Below, in pieces: positions 33,542 to 43,328 of a stretch of 64,000 nucleotides of DNA. A program made the translations under genes and the position numbers. The first letter of the stretch is position 1. Each line of letters begins with the position of its first letter. This DNA is from Candidatus Staskawiczbacteria bacterium (GTDB lineage Bacteria; Patescibacteriota; Minisyncoccia; Minisyncoccales; Staskawiczbacteraceae), in assembly GCA_026395175.1 (NCBI GenBank), contig JAPLZF010000017.1:12017-76016 (forward strand). Direction: 5' to 3'. The notes below the pieces were generated by a model. That model saw only the letters and a list, made by a program, of their open reading frames with translations, was not told the origin of the DNA and did not search any database.

Positions 33542-34432
33542 ATGATACATTCGGCAGTTCTTAAAAAAGAAGTTTTAGAATATCTTGACCCAAAAACAAA
33601 TGAAAATTTTGTTGATTGCACAATAGGCGAGGGCGGGCACGCAGAAGATATTCTCAATAAAAATGGTCCGGAAGGAAAAGTTTTGGGAATTGATTTAGAC
33701 CCTTTGCAAATTGCGGCAAGCCAATGGCTTCACGTGCAGTTTAAAGACAGGATAATTTTGGTAAACGATTCTTATACTAATTTGCAAAATATTATTGAAA
33801 GAAAAGAATTTGGTCAGGTTAACGGAATTTTGCTGGACTTGGGAATGTCATCGGCTCAACTGGAAGGCACGCACAAAGGATTTTCTTTCCAGGTAGACCA
33901 AAGCCTGGACATGAGATATAACGACGAAGGCGGATACCATTTGACGGCAGAAAAAATTGTCAACGAATGGCCGGAAGAAAAAATTGAAGAAATGCTGGAA
34001 AATTACGGCGAAGAAAAATTTGCCAGAAAAATTGCAAAAAATATTGTGGAGCAGAGAAAGCAGGGAAGAATTAAAACCACATTTCAACTTATAGAAATTA
34101 TAAAAGACGCAACGCCATCATCATATTGGAGAGGAAAAATTCATTATGCAACAAGAACATTCCAGGCGCTGAGGATTGCGGTTAACGACGAATTGGAAAA
34201 TGTAAAACACGTTTTGCCAGATGCGCTTTCAATTTTAGCTCCGCAAGGAAGATTGGCTGTAATATCATTTCATTCTTTAGAAGACAGGATTGTTAAAAAT
34301 TTTTTGGCAAGCGAAGCAAAAAAAGGAACAATAAAAATATTAACTAAAAAACCAATAACAGCAAGCAGAGACGAGCTGGCGAAAAATGCGCGGGCAAGGT
34401 CTGCAAAACTGCGGGCAGTAATAAAATTATGA
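33542..34432 (+). CDS. rsmH: 16S rRNA (cytosine1402-N4)-methyltransferase RsmH (MraW)
   Basis: DCTIGEGGHAE, GILLDLGMSS and SFHSLEDRIVK. The ATG at 33542 is preferred over 33524. Confidence 0.9.
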   Translation: MIHSAVLKKEVLEYLDPKTNENFVDCTIGEGGHAEDILNKNGPEGKVLGIDLDPLQIAASQWLHVQFKDRIILVNDSYTNLQNIIERKEFGQVNGILLDLGMSSAQLEGTHKGFSFQVDQSLDMRYNDEGGYHLTAEKIVNEWPEEKIEEMLENYGEEKFARKIAKNIVEQRKQGRIKTTFQLIEIIKDATPSSYWRGKIHYATRTFQALRIAVNDELENVKHVLPDALSILAPQGRLAVISFHSLEDRIVKNFLASEAKKGTIKILTKKPITASRDELAKNARARSAKLRAVIKL

Positions 34433-34794
34433 CAACAATAGCGCTGAATTATTCAATAGTTCAGAAAAAAATACAGGCAAAAGTTGATTCGGTGGAAGTT
34501 CCTTCAGTAAATTGGAAAGCAATTTGCTTTGCAGGATTTTTTATGAGCTTATTTTTATTGGTTTTTTATGTCTGGCAGATAAACGATTTAACTAAAGGCT
34601 CTTATTTAATGAACACCTATGAAAAACAAATCAGCCAGCTTTCTGACGAAAATAAAAATTTGCAAATTTCTTCTGCCGAAAGCAGTTTTCTTGGCCAGGC
34701 AGTTGTAAAAATACAAGCATTGAATTTTCAAAAAACCAGTTCGGTAAAATATATGCAGATTCCAGACAGCTCGGTTGCTGTCAACATTAAATGA
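34429..34794 (+). CDS. ftsL: FtsL-like cell-division protein
   Basis: Single TM (ICFAGFFMSLFLLVFYVW) plus a coiled-coil segment. Lies between rsmH and ftsI. Confidence 0.6.
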   Translation: MTTIALNYSIVQKKIQAKVDSVEVPSVNWKAICFAGFFMSLFLLVFYVWQINDLTKGSYLMNTYEKQISQLSDENKNLQISSAESSFLGQAVVKIQALNFQKTSSVKYMQIPDSSVAVNIK

Positions 34795-36500
34795 AAAGGC
34801 ATATTGATTGGCGAATAATCATAATTTTAATTTTGATTTTTATTATTGGGGCAGCTATTATTGGCCGCCTATTTTTTCTGCAGATTTTGGAGCGCAAACT
34901 TTTCGAGGCTCAGGCTTTAGGCCAGCAGATGGATTTTAATAATGTTGTCGGTTCGAGAGGTCAGATTTTATGCGCAGGTTCGCAGGAAACCAAAGAAAAA
35001 AGTCTGGCAATAAATAAAGACAGCTGGACAATTTCTGTGAACCCGAAAGACATCAAAGACAAGCCGGCTTTTGCGGAAGCGTTGAGCAAAGCTATAAGCC
35101 AGACAAAAGAACAGATAATTTCAGAATTGGAAAGCGCGGATTCTTATGTTGTCATACAAAAAAATTTGCCGTCTGATGATTATAACAAGATTAAAGCGCT
35201 GAATCTTAAAGGATTGTCTTTTGAAAATATTCCGCAAAGATTTTATCCGCAAGGACAAATGCTGTCTCAGGTTTTGGGGTTTTTAGGAGGGCAGGGCTCG
35301 GGGCAATATGGAGTTGAAGGCTATTATGAGGATGTTTTGAAAGGCAAATCCGGAGTTACAGAAGAATCATCGGGAATAAATTTTCTTTTTTCAAATGACA
35401 GCCAAATTTCTTTGAACGGTTCGGATGTTTATTTGACGATTGATTATAATATACAATTTCAGGCGGAACAATTGCTTGTAGCCGAACAGAAGAAGGACGG
35501 CATAGACGCGGGCCAGATAATTGTTATGAAGCCCGACACCGGAAAAATTTTGGCTTTGGCAAATTTTCCTAATTTTGACCCAAATAATTATTCCAAAGAA
35601 AAAGATTTGGGAATTTTCCAAAATTCAGCGGTGCAAAAACTTTTTGAGCCGGGTTCCATAATGAAATCGTTTACAATGGCGGCCGCTTTAAACGAAGGAA
35701 AAATAACTCCCGACACGACTTATGTGGATACCGGAACTGCAACATTCGGTTCCCAAACAATCCATAATTTTGCAAACGAAGTCTACGGCAAGCAGACGAT
35801 GACTCAGGTTTTGGAAAGCTCAATTAACACCGGAGCTGTTTTTGCCGAACAGCAAATTCCGCACAAAATATTTTTTGATTATATTGACAAATTCGGTTTC
35901 AATGAAAAAACAGGAATTGATTTACAGGGAGAAGTTTATTCGCGCAATGACTTGCTTAAAAACGGGCCGGACATTGAATTTGCCACAGCTGCTTTTGGCC
36001 AGGGAATTGAATTGACTCCCATGCAAATTGCCGTGGGTTATTGCGCCATTGCCAATGGAGGAAAATTGGTTAAGCCATATATAGTTGAAAAAATTGCCAA
36101 TGGAAAAGATGCAACTTATACAAAGCCGAATGTTTCCCAGCCAATTGTTTCGCAACAAACTATTACGCAATTAAATTCAATGTTAATCAATGTTGTTGAT
36201 AAGGGTTTTAACGGCGTTGCCAAAATTCCGGGTTATTATTTTGCCGGCAAAACAGGCACAGCTCAAATTCCTCTTAAAAACGGGAAAGGATATATGCCAG
36301 ACAACAACACAATCCAAAGTTTTGTGGCTTACGGCCCGGCTTTTAACCCGCAATTTTTAATATTGGTAAAATTGGACAATCCAAAGGTTCCAAAGTCATC
36401 TCTTTCAGCTGTTCCTGTTTATAAGCAACTGGCGCAGTATATAATCAATTATTGGCAAATCCCGCCCGACTACGATGCAAATGCTAAACCAACAAATTAA
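34791..36500 (+). CDS. ftsI: Penicillin-binding protein / peptidoglycan D,D-transpeptidase FtsI
   Basis: N-terminal TM and transpeptidase motifs SIMK (SxxK), SIN (SxN) and KTGTA. Confidence 0.88.
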   Translation: MKRHIDWRIIIILILIFIIGAAIIGRLFFLQILERKLFEAQALGQQMDFNNVVGSRGQILCAGSQETKEKSLAINKDSWTISVNPKDIKDKPAFAEALSKAISQTKEQIISELESADSYVVIQKNLPSDDYNKIKALNLKGLSFENIPQRFYPQGQMLSQVLGFLGGQGSGQYGVEGYYEDVLKGKSGVTEESSGINFLFSNDSQISLNGSDVYLTIDYNIQFQAEQLLVAEQKKDGIDAGQIIVMKPDTGKILALANFPNFDPNNYSKEKDLGIFQNSAVQKLFEPGSIMKSFTMAAALNEGKITPDTTYVDTGTATFGSQTIHNFANEVYGKQTMTQVLESSINTGAVFAEQQIPHKIFFDYIDKFGFNEKTGIDLQGEVYSRNDLLKNGPDIEFATAAFGQGIELTPMQIAVGYCAIANGGKLVKPYIVEKIANGKDATYTKPNVSQPIVSQQTITQLNSMLINVVDKGFNGVAKIPGYYFAGKTGTAQIPLKNGKGYMPDNNTIQSFVAYGPAFNPQFLILVKLDNPKVPKSSLSAVPVYKQLAQYIINYWQIPPDYDANAKPTN

Positions 36501-36537
36501 AAAACAGCCCTGAGTTTATCGAATGGGCTGTTTTTTA
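36499..36537. terminator. Bidirectional terminator hairpin (inverted copy of 28444-28482) serving convergent ftsI and tRNA-Glu
   Basis: aaaaacagccc / gggctgttttt stem. The loop tgagtttatcgaat is the reverse complement of the other copy's loop with 1 mismatch. Confidence 0.8.
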
Positions 36538-36540
36538 TTG

Positions 36541-36615
36541 TGGCCCCAACCAGATTTGAACTGGTGTTACTTGCTTGAGAAGCAAATGTCCTAGACCAGG
36601 CTAGACGATGGGGCC
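36541..36615 (-). tRNA. tRNA-Glu (CTC)
   Basis: The reverse complement folds with acceptor ggcccca/tggggcc, anticodon stem tttgc/gcaag with loop ttCTCaa, and T-stem accag/ctggt. Confidence 0.88.
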
Positions 36616-36681
36616 CTTTCTATATATTTATCATAAAAATAGCTTGTTGTCTATCGATATATTTAATGATAAAATATAATA

Positions 36682-37806
36682 ATGCTGAAAAATATTTTTA
36701 AAGATTATATCTATCCCATTTCTGCTTTTGCCGGCGGGATGATTGGCGTTGGTTTTTTGTCTTTGCCTTATATTGCGATGCAAGCAGGCATTTGGCTGAT
36801 GCTTTTGTATTTTTTAGTTTTAACAGCTTTAACAATTGCAATCAATTTGATTTTTTGCGACATAAGCTTGAAAACTCCTGACTTTAAAAGATTCCCAGGA
36901 TTCGTTGGGCATTATTTGGGGAAATGGCCGCAGGCTTTTACGATGATTTTAATGATTTTAGGAAGTTTCGGAGTGCTTTTGGTTTATTTGCTGATTGGCG
37001 GGGAATTTTTGACTTCAGTTTTTCAGCCGATATTTTCCGGAAGCAATTTGATTTACGTTCTAATTTATTTTTGCGCGGTAAGCATAATCGTTTACCTCGA
37101 TATAAAAATAATTGCCAGAGTGGAATTTTGGGTCATAGTTTTGCTTTTTATATCTATATTTTTAGTTTTCATAGAAGGTTTTTCCCACATAAAATTAAGC
37201 AATATTTTTATTCCAAATTCGAAATTTGAAATTCAAAATTTATTCCTGCCATACGGACCTTTGCTGTTTTCATTATGGGGAATCGGGCTGATACCGGAGA
37301 TAGAAGAAATGCTTATCGGAAAGAAAAAACATCTTAAAAAAATAGTTGTGATATCTACCATAGCAATTTCAGTTTTTTATTTTTTATTTGTTTTGCTGAT
37401 ATTGGGAATTACAGGAATCAAAACAGACCAAACCGGGCTTACAGGACTCAAAGATTTCTTGGGGGGAAATATGGTTTCAGTGTCGCTTTTGGTGGGAATT
37501 ATGGCAACCTTCACCGCTTTTGTCACGCAGGGAATTGTTTTTAAAAAAGTTTTAATGTTTGACCTTGGCATTAAGCATTGGCAGGCGTTTGTCATAACCT
37601 GCTTTACTCCAATGATACTTTTTTTGCTGGGACTGAAATCTTTTGTGACATTAATATCATTGACAGGAGGAGTTTTGCTGGGAATCGACGGAATTTTAAT
37701 TTTACTGATATACAAAAAGGTTGGAGGGAAAAATATCATAATTTATCCTTTGTCATTAGTATTTTTGCTGGGAATAATTTATGAAATAATATACTTTATC
37801 AAATAA
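36682..37806 (+). CDS. Putative amino-acid permease (Trp/Tyr-permease / AAAP-like), about 11 TM
   Basis: N-terminal GGMIGVGFLSLPYIAMQAGIWLMLL motif and polytopic hydrophobic profile. Confidence 0.5.
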   Translation: MLKNIFKDYIYPISAFAGGMIGVGFLSLPYIAMQAGIWLMLLYFLVLTALTIAINLIFCDISLKTPDFKRFPGFVGHYLGKWPQAFTMILMILGSFGVLLVYLLIGGEFLTSVFQPIFSGSNLIYVLIYFCAVSIIVYLDIKIIARVEFWVIVLLFISIFLVFIEGFSHIKLSNIFIPNSKFEIQNLFLPYGPLLFSLWGIGLIPEIEEMLIGKKKHLKKIVVISTIAISVFYFLFVLLILGITGIKTDQTGLTGLKDFLGGNMVSVSLLVGIMATFTAFVTQGIVFKKVLMFDLGIKHWQAFVITCFTPMILFLLGLKSFVTLISLTGGVLLGIDGILILLIYKKVGGKNIIIYPLSLVFLLGIIYEIIYFIK

Positions 37807-37812
37807 TTTAAA

Positions 37813-38775
37813 ATGGTTATTGAAATTACAATATTTTTAGCATCGTGTTTCGTTCTGTCGTGGCTCAGCTCGAAATTCATCAAAACTCTTACGGAAGTTG
37901 CCAAATATTTAGGCTGGAAAGAATTTATTGTCGCTTTTTTCGTGATGGGTTTTGCCGCTTCTCTGCCGAATTTATTTGTTGATTTGAACGCAGCTTTCCG
38001 CGGACTTCAGCAAATTTCCTTCGGAGACATTATGGGCGGAAATTTAATCGATTTGTCGCTTTCCATGGCAATAGTGGTTTTATTTAGCGGCAGTTTTGTT
38101 TCCACTGAAAGCAAAACAGTGCAGAGCAGCGCTGTTTTCACAACAATGATTGCTTTTTTGCCGTGGATTTTGGTGCTGAGGACAGGAGGATTGGACAGGT
38201 TGGACGGAGTGATATTGATTGCAGCATTTTTTATTTATGCTTTCTGGCTTTTTTCAAACGACGACAGGTTTAGGAAAGTTTACAGGAATAAAAAATTAAA
38301 AGATATCACGAAAAAATCCACTTTGATATGGGACTTAATTAAAATAATTGCCATACTCGCCATGCTTTTGGCGGCTTCTTACGCCGTAGTTTACACTGCC
38401 CAATATTTTGCCGCGACCATGAATGTTTCTCTGGCACTGGTCGGAGTTTTGATTGTTGCTTTGGGAAATTGCTTTCCCGAAATATATTTTGGAGTTATTT
38501 CCGCCAGGAAAAAAGAAAATTGGATGGTTTTGGGAGATATGATGGCTTCTGTGATTGTCTGCGCAACTCTTGTTTTGGGAATTGTCGCTCTTGTTGCGCC
38601 GTTTAAAATAAATGATTTTTCTCCGTTTCTGATAGCCAGGATTTTTATGGTGATAGCCTGCGCGCTTTATTTTTTCTTCATTGCCTCGGATAAAAAAATA
38701 ACCAAAAAAGAAGGATTGCTACTGCTTTTTGTATATGTTGCATTTTTGCTGACAGAAATATTTTTGCCTCGTTAA
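37813..38775 (+). CDS. Ca2+/cation antiporter (CaCA, YrbG-like)
   Basis: Alpha-repeat-like motifs GFAASLPNLFVDL and ALGNCFPEIYFGVIS. About 10 TM. Confidence 0.7.
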   Translation: MVIEITIFLASCFVLSWLSSKFIKTLTEVAKYLGWKEFIVAFFVMGFAASLPNLFVDLNAAFRGLQQISFGDIMGGNLIDLSLSMAIVVLFSGSFVSTESKTVQSSAVFTTMIAFLPWILVLRTGGLDRLDGVILIAAFFIYAFWLFSNDDRFRKVYRNKKLKDITKKSTLIWDLIKIIAILAMLLAASYAVVYTAQYFAATMNVSLALVGVLIVALGNCFPEIYFGVISARKKENWMVLGDMMASVIVCATLVLGIVALVAPFKINDFSPFLIARIFMVIACALYFFFIASDKKITKKEGLLLLFVYVAFLLTEIFLPR

Positions 38776-38781
38776 ATAAAA

Positions 38782-41319
38782 ATGGCATTTTCTCAATTCA
38801 CAAATAAATCTCCAGAAGAAGTTTTCAAGATTTTTAAAACTTCCGGCGGCGGCCTCTCAAAAAAAGAGGCGAATTTTGCTTTGGCAAAATTCGGTCTGAA
38901 CGAGGTGAAGACCAAAAATATCAATGCCCTGGAAATTTTTGTCAGGCAATTGAAATCTCCTTTTGCCTATTTGCTTTTAATTGCGGCGATAGTGTCTGTT
39001 TTTATCGGCCAGCCGGTTGACAGCATTGCAGTTTTGGCTTTTATTTTTATCAATGTTTCCATCGGATTTTTTCAGGAATATAGGGCGGAGAGAGCGGTGA
39101 TTCTTTTGCAAAGATTCATTCCCCAAAAAGTAAAAGTTTTGCGCGATTCAAAAGAAGAAGTCATCGATAAAAAATTTTTGGTGCCGGGTGATGTTGTTTT
39201 ATTGGAGGCCGGCGACAATGTTCCTGCCGACTTGCGGGCGATAAATCTGGAAAACTTTTTAGCCGACGAATCGGCTTTGACCGGCGAATCTGTTCCGGCT
39301 TCTAAAATTATAGAAGCTTTGCCAAGCGAAGAAAAAGAAATTTTCAAGGCAAAGAATATTATTTTTTCAGGCACTTCTGTTATTTCCGGCAAAGCCCGGG
39401 CTATTGTTGTGGCTGCCGGCAAAGACACGGTTTTTGGCAACATTGTCAAAATAATTTCCGGCATAAAAAGAGAATCAGCCTACGAAAAAAGCATCATATA
39501 TTTTTGCAAGCTGATTTTAAGGATTGTCGCCACCACAATAATCTTAATTTTTATTGCCAATATTCTGCTGAAAGGAATAAATGATATTTTGGAGCTTCTT
39601 TTGTTTTCTGTTGCCTTAATAGTGAGCATTCTGCCGGAAGCCCTGCCGGCCGTTGTGACTTTTGCGCTTTCTGAAGGAAGCTTGAAAATGGCGCGGCAAA
39701 AAGTTGTTGTGAAAAGATTGTCGGCAATTGAAGATTTGGGCAACATAGAAGTTTTATGCGCCGACAAAACAGGAACGCTGACTCAGAATAAATTATCTTT
39801 GGAAGAAATTGTTTCCTCTGACAAGAAAAAATGTTTTTTGTACGGAATTTTGACTTCGGGAGCCAAAGACAAAGACGACAAAATTTTGAATCCGTTTGAC
39901 TCGGCTTTATTTGCTCGTGTTCCGGATGATGTTTTGAGGCAGTCAAAAAAGTTTGAAATAATTTCAGAATTGCCGTTTGATTCTTACAGAATGAGGTCTG
40001 CATTTTTGGCGCAATCATCTAAAAACGAGAGATTTTTAATTGTTAAGGGAGCTCCGGAATCAATTTTGAAAAACTGCTCGAAGTTTGGCGGGAATTTTGA
40101 CAAAAAAGAGATTAAGGAAGATGTGGAAAAAGAAGGACTGGAAGGAAAAAGAGTTTTGGCGCTGGCGTTTAAAAAAGTTGATAAAGAAAAAAATAATTTA
40201 AAAGTTGAAGATGAAAAAGGGCTTACTTTTTTGGGATATTTTGTTTTTGAAGACCCTCTGAAAAATACAGCCAAAGAGGCGATAGAATTGTCAAAAAAAT
40301 TAGGAGTCCAAATTAAAATTATTACAGGAGATTCAAAAGAAGTTGCAGGATATGTCGCCAGAAAAACCGGCTTGGCTTCAAGCGAGCAGGATATTATTTC
40401 AGGCCAGGAATTGGAAAAATTGACAAAAGAAGAATTTGACGACGCCTGTCAGGAAAAATCTGTTTTTGCCAGAATTTCTCCGGACGTAAAGCACAATATA
40501 ATAAAATCTCTGCAGAAAAAATACGAAGTCGGATTTTTGGGAGAAGGAATAAATGACGCGCCGGCGCTAAAAACAGCCGATGTGGGAATTGCCGTTGTCG
40601 AGGCGTCTGATGTTGCCAGGGAAGCCGCAGATGTTGTGCTTTTGCAGAAAGATTTGCGGGTTATTGTAAATGGGATTAAAGACGGCAGAATGATTTTTGC
40701 CAATATCAACAAATATATAAAGTGCGCTTTGGCGAGCAATTTTGGTAATTTTTATTCAATTGCCGTAATTTCCTTGTTTATAAATTACTTGCCAATGCTT
40801 CCGGTGCAAATTTTATTGGGGAATATTTTGTCTGATTTTCCTTTAATTTCTGTTGCCACAGATTCGGTTGACATCGACGAATTAAGAAAGCCAAAATTGT
40901 ACCAGCTTCATAATATTTTGCCGTTAATAATTTCTTTAGCCTTGGTAAGCACAGTTTTTGATTTTATATTTTTTGCCATTTTTTTTAGGCAGGCGCCGGC
41001 GACCATACAAACTTTGTGGTTTATTGAAAGCATTTTAACCGAGCTTTTGCTGATATTCATCATTAGGACAAGGGGAAAATTTTGGCAGGCAAAAAGGCCG
41101 AGCGCTTGGATGATATGGCTAGCTGCAATTGACGCAATTTTTATTGTTGCTTTGCCATTTTTAAAAATTGGGCAGAGCTGGTTTCACTTTGTTGCTTTGC
41201 CAATTTTGCCGCTACTGATTGTGTTTTTGGAAATTGTTGCATATTTTTGGGTCAGCGAATTTGTAAAATTAATTTATTTCCATTATTGGAAAATTCCAAA
41301 TAGTGGTAATATCAAATAA
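38782..41319 (+). CDS. Cation-transporting P-type ATPase (Ca2+/Mg2+ type)
   Basis: CADKTGTLTQN phosphorylation site, LTGESVP actuator motif, GEGINDAPALKTADVGIA hinge, and N-terminal Cation_ATPase_N-like segment. Confidence 0.9.
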   Translation: MAFSQFTNKSPEEVFKIFKTSGGGLSKKEANFALAKFGLNEVKTKNINALEIFVRQLKSPFAYLLLIAAIVSVFIGQPVDSIAVLAFIFINVSIGFFQEYRAERAVILLQRFIPQKVKVLRDSKEEVIDKKFLVPGDVVLLEAGDNVPADLRAINLENFLADESALTGESVPASKIIEALPSEEKEIFKAKNIIFSGTSVISGKARAIVVAAGKDTVFGNIVKIISGIKRESAYEKSIIYFCKLILRIVATTIILIFIANILLKGINDILELLLFSVALIVSILPEALPAVVTFALSEGSLKMARQKVVVKRLSAIEDLGNIEVLCADKTGTLTQNKLSLEEIVSSDKKKCFLYGILTSGAKDKDDKILNPFDSALFARVPDDVLRQSKKFEIISELPFDSYRMRSAFLAQSSKNERFLIVKGAPESILKNCSKFGGNFDKKEIKEDVEKEGLEGKRVLALAFKKVDKEKNNLKVEDEKGLTFLGYFVFEDPLKNTAKEAIELSKKLGVQIKIITGDSKEVAGYVARKTGLASSEQDIISGQELEKLTKEEFDDACQEKSVFARISPDVKHNIIKSLQKKYEVGFLGEGINDAPALKTADVGIAVVEASDVAREAADVVLLQKDLRVIVNGIKDGRMIFANINKYIKCALASNFGNFYSIAVISLFINYLPMLPVQILLGNILSDFPLISVATDSVDIDELRKPKLYQLHNILPLIISLALVSTVFDFIFFAIFFRQAPATIQTLWFIESILTELLLIFIIRTRGKFWQAKRPSAWMIWLAAIDAIFIVALPFLKIGQSWFHFVALPILPLLIVFLEIVAYFWVSEFVKLIYFHYWKIPNSGNIK

Positions 41320-41320
41320 T

Positions 41321-41782
41321 ATGAAAATCAAATCTTTTTTAGTAATATCTTTTTTAGCAATAATAATTTTATGTTCTGCCAGTTTTGCCACGGCTCAAAC
41401 TGCAGATAATTCAACGCTAATTGCCCAGCTTCAGGCAGAAATTGAACAGTTGTCAGCGCAATTGGCTCAGCTTCAGGCAAAGCAAGAATCGTCGCCCGCG
41501 TCATCAGTTTGGTGCTACACTTTTTCTGATAATTTGAAAGCCGGAAATGCAGGTCCTGCGGTTTTGGCATTGCAGACAGCTCTTTTGAAAGAGGGTTTGT
41601 TTTCTGTTTCTGCCACAGGAACTTTCGGTCCAAAAACCGCTTTGGCTGTTGCAAGCTTCCAAGAAAAATATGCCAGCGACATTTTAACTTCAAGCGGATT
41701 AACAAAAGGCACAGGCTATGTTGGCCCGGCAACAAGAACAAAATTAAATGCGCTGTATGGTTGCGCAACAATTCCTAAATAA
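41321..41782 (+). CDS. Secreted peptidoglycan-binding-domain protein (153 aa)
   Basis: Signal peptide MKIKSFLVISFLAIIILCSASFATAQ and PG_binding_1-like GNAGPAVLALQTALLKEGL...FGPKTALAVASFQEKY...YVGPATRTKLNALYGC. Confidence 0.7.
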   Translation: MKIKSFLVISFLAIIILCSASFATAQTADNSTLIAQLQAEIEQLSAQLAQLQAKQESSPASSVWCYTFSDNLKAGNAGPAVLALQTALLKEGLFSVSATGTFGPKTALAVASFQEKYASDILTSSGLTKGTGYVGPATRTKLNALYGCATIPK

Positions 41783-41794
41783 TTTTTCAAACCC

Positions 41795-41824
41795 TTGCAT
41801 AACTCTGCTGGGGGGGGGTATTAT
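41795..41824 (+). promoter_or_regulatory. Putative promoter TTGCAT-18-TATTAT whose spacer contains a G9 homopolymer
   Basis: ttgcat at 41795-41800, spacer aactctgctgggggggg with G9 at 41810-41818, tattat at 41819-41824. Confidence 0.5.
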
Positions 41825-41854
41825 TAGATAATATAATTAAAATAATTAAAAACC

Positions 41855-43144
41855 ATGAAAATTAAGTCTATTATATTCACAGCTGTTTTAGCAACAGCAG
41901 TTTTGTGTTCGCCATTTATTGCTTCAGCCGCCAGTTTAACAAGCTCGCAAATATCTGCAATAATGAACCTGCTTTACGCATTTGGAGCAGATTCAGCAAC
42001 AATTGCCAATGTGCAAACCTCGTTAACCGGCGGAACGCCAAATATTTTGTCTAATTCTTGGTGCCACACTTTTAATGCAAATTTAGGAGTTGGCAATGCC
42101 GGCAACGAAATAGCCGCGTTACATGCAGCTTTAACTAAAGAAGGTTTTACTAGCACCTCATGGAGAGCCGACAATTTTACAGAAACTACGGCTTCAGCAG
42201 TAGTCCAGTTTCAACAGAAATATGGAATTAGCCGAACAGGTTATGTTGGTCCATTAACCCGAGCAAAATTAAATGCTTTATATGGATGTAGAATAATAAC
42301 CCCGCAAAATATTACAATTAATTCTGTTTCTGGGCCAAACTCGCTTAATGTTGGGCAAACAGGAACCTGGACAGTAAACGCAACAGCTCCAAGCGGAACA
42401 AATTTAACATACAGAGCAGCGTGGGGCGAATATGATGGCTATATGGGAATTTCTTCCCAAGCAATCCCAACTGGCTTAATTAATCAAACCGGCACATTCA
42501 CTCATTCTTATGCCAATGCAGGCACCTACACCGCAACATTTATTGTTTACAGCGGATATAATTGCGTAAATTATTCCACCGGAGCGCTAAATTCTGCTTG
42601 CAGCTCTACTCAAACCAGCCTAACTGTTGTTGTGGGAGCAGTTAATGGCAATTTATCAATAACTTATCCTTCCGACCCGGCTAATTGGCATGATTATGTT
42701 GGCGGAAATTATTCCAAAGTTTTTAGTGTTGTAAACTCATCGGCTAGCCGGCATTATTCGTGGTCAATTACCAGCGGTTCTTTGCCATCGGGTCTAAATT
42801 TAACTAATCAGTTGGTTGCCTGTGCTACATATGCTTGCGTTGTTGGCCAATATTGTCCGCCTTGCCCAGATGGTTCTAGTCAAATAATTATTACCGGCAC
42901 TCCAACTCAAGCCGGCAATTTTCCATTTACTTTGACTGTTCGCGACGACCTGGGCAACACCGGCTTAGTAAACCTCAACATTTACATTGAAACAATGTCA
43001 GGATGCGCTAACCTATATTGGGCAGACAATACAAATAGAAGCTGTCAGACAATGAGACAATTTTGCGGAGCATATATGTATTATGGTTTGTATACATTTA
43101 ATACCCAGCAAGATTGTATAAATGCAGTCACGTCTGGGCATTAA
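41855..43144 (+). CDS. Secreted protein: PG-binding domain plus PKD-like and Ig-like domains (429 aa)
   Basis: Signal peptide. PG_binding_1-like segment paralogous to the previous gene (YVGPLTRAKLNALYGC). PKD-like GQTGTWTVNA...HSYANAGTYTATFIV. Ig-like SLPSGLNL...ITGTPTQAGNFPFTLTVRD. Confidence 0.75.
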   Translation: MKIKSIIFTAVLATAVLCSPFIASAASLTSSQISAIMNLLYAFGADSATIANVQTSLTGGTPNILSNSWCHTFNANLGVGNAGNEIAALHAALTKEGFTSTSWRADNFTETTASAVVQFQQKYGISRTGYVGPLTRAKLNALYGCRIITPQNITINSVSGPNSLNVGQTGTWTVNATAPSGTNLTYRAAWGEYDGYMGISSQAIPTGLINQTGTFTHSYANAGTYTATFIVYSGYNCVNYSTGALNSACSSTQTSLTVVVGAVNGNLSITYPSDPANWHDYVGGNYSKVFSVVNSSASRHYSWSITSGSLPSGLNLTNQLVACATYACVVGQYCPPCPDGSSQIIITGTPTQAGNFPFTLTVRDDLGNTGLVNLNIYIETMSGCANLYWADNTNRSCQTMRQFCGAYMYYGLYTFNTQQDCINAVTSGH

Positions 43145-43158
43145 AAAATAGAATAAAA

Positions 43159-43185
43159 AGGCGGGAAGAAATTCTCGCCTTTTTT
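43159..43185 (+). terminator. Intrinsic terminator
   Basis: Stem aggcgggaa / ttctcgcct with loop gaaa, followed by a T-run. Confidence 0.7.
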
Positions 43186-43240
43186 AGTGGGATATAATAA
43201 CAAATGGTTGAATATAGTAACAAGAATATATAAGGAACAT

Positions 43241-43280
43241 ACCGGTAGCGTTTTTGCCTCCAGGCAAAAACGCTACCGGT
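43241..43280 (+). repeat. Perfect 18-bp-stem palindrome, copy 1 (upstream of PaaX-like gene 1)
   Basis: accggtagcgtttttgcc tcca ggcaaaaacgctaccggt. Confidence 0.9.
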
Positions 43281-43328
43281 AACATTAAATTCTTTTGTTG
43301 TGATATAATAGAAATATATAATAAAGAT

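Noticed and set aside
39072-40739. Several minus-strand ORFs (39072-39464, 39480-39767, 39551-40018, 39984-40274, 40449-40739).
   Set aside because: All are antisense to the P-type ATPase gene, which carries the DKTGT, TGES and GINDAPAL motifs.
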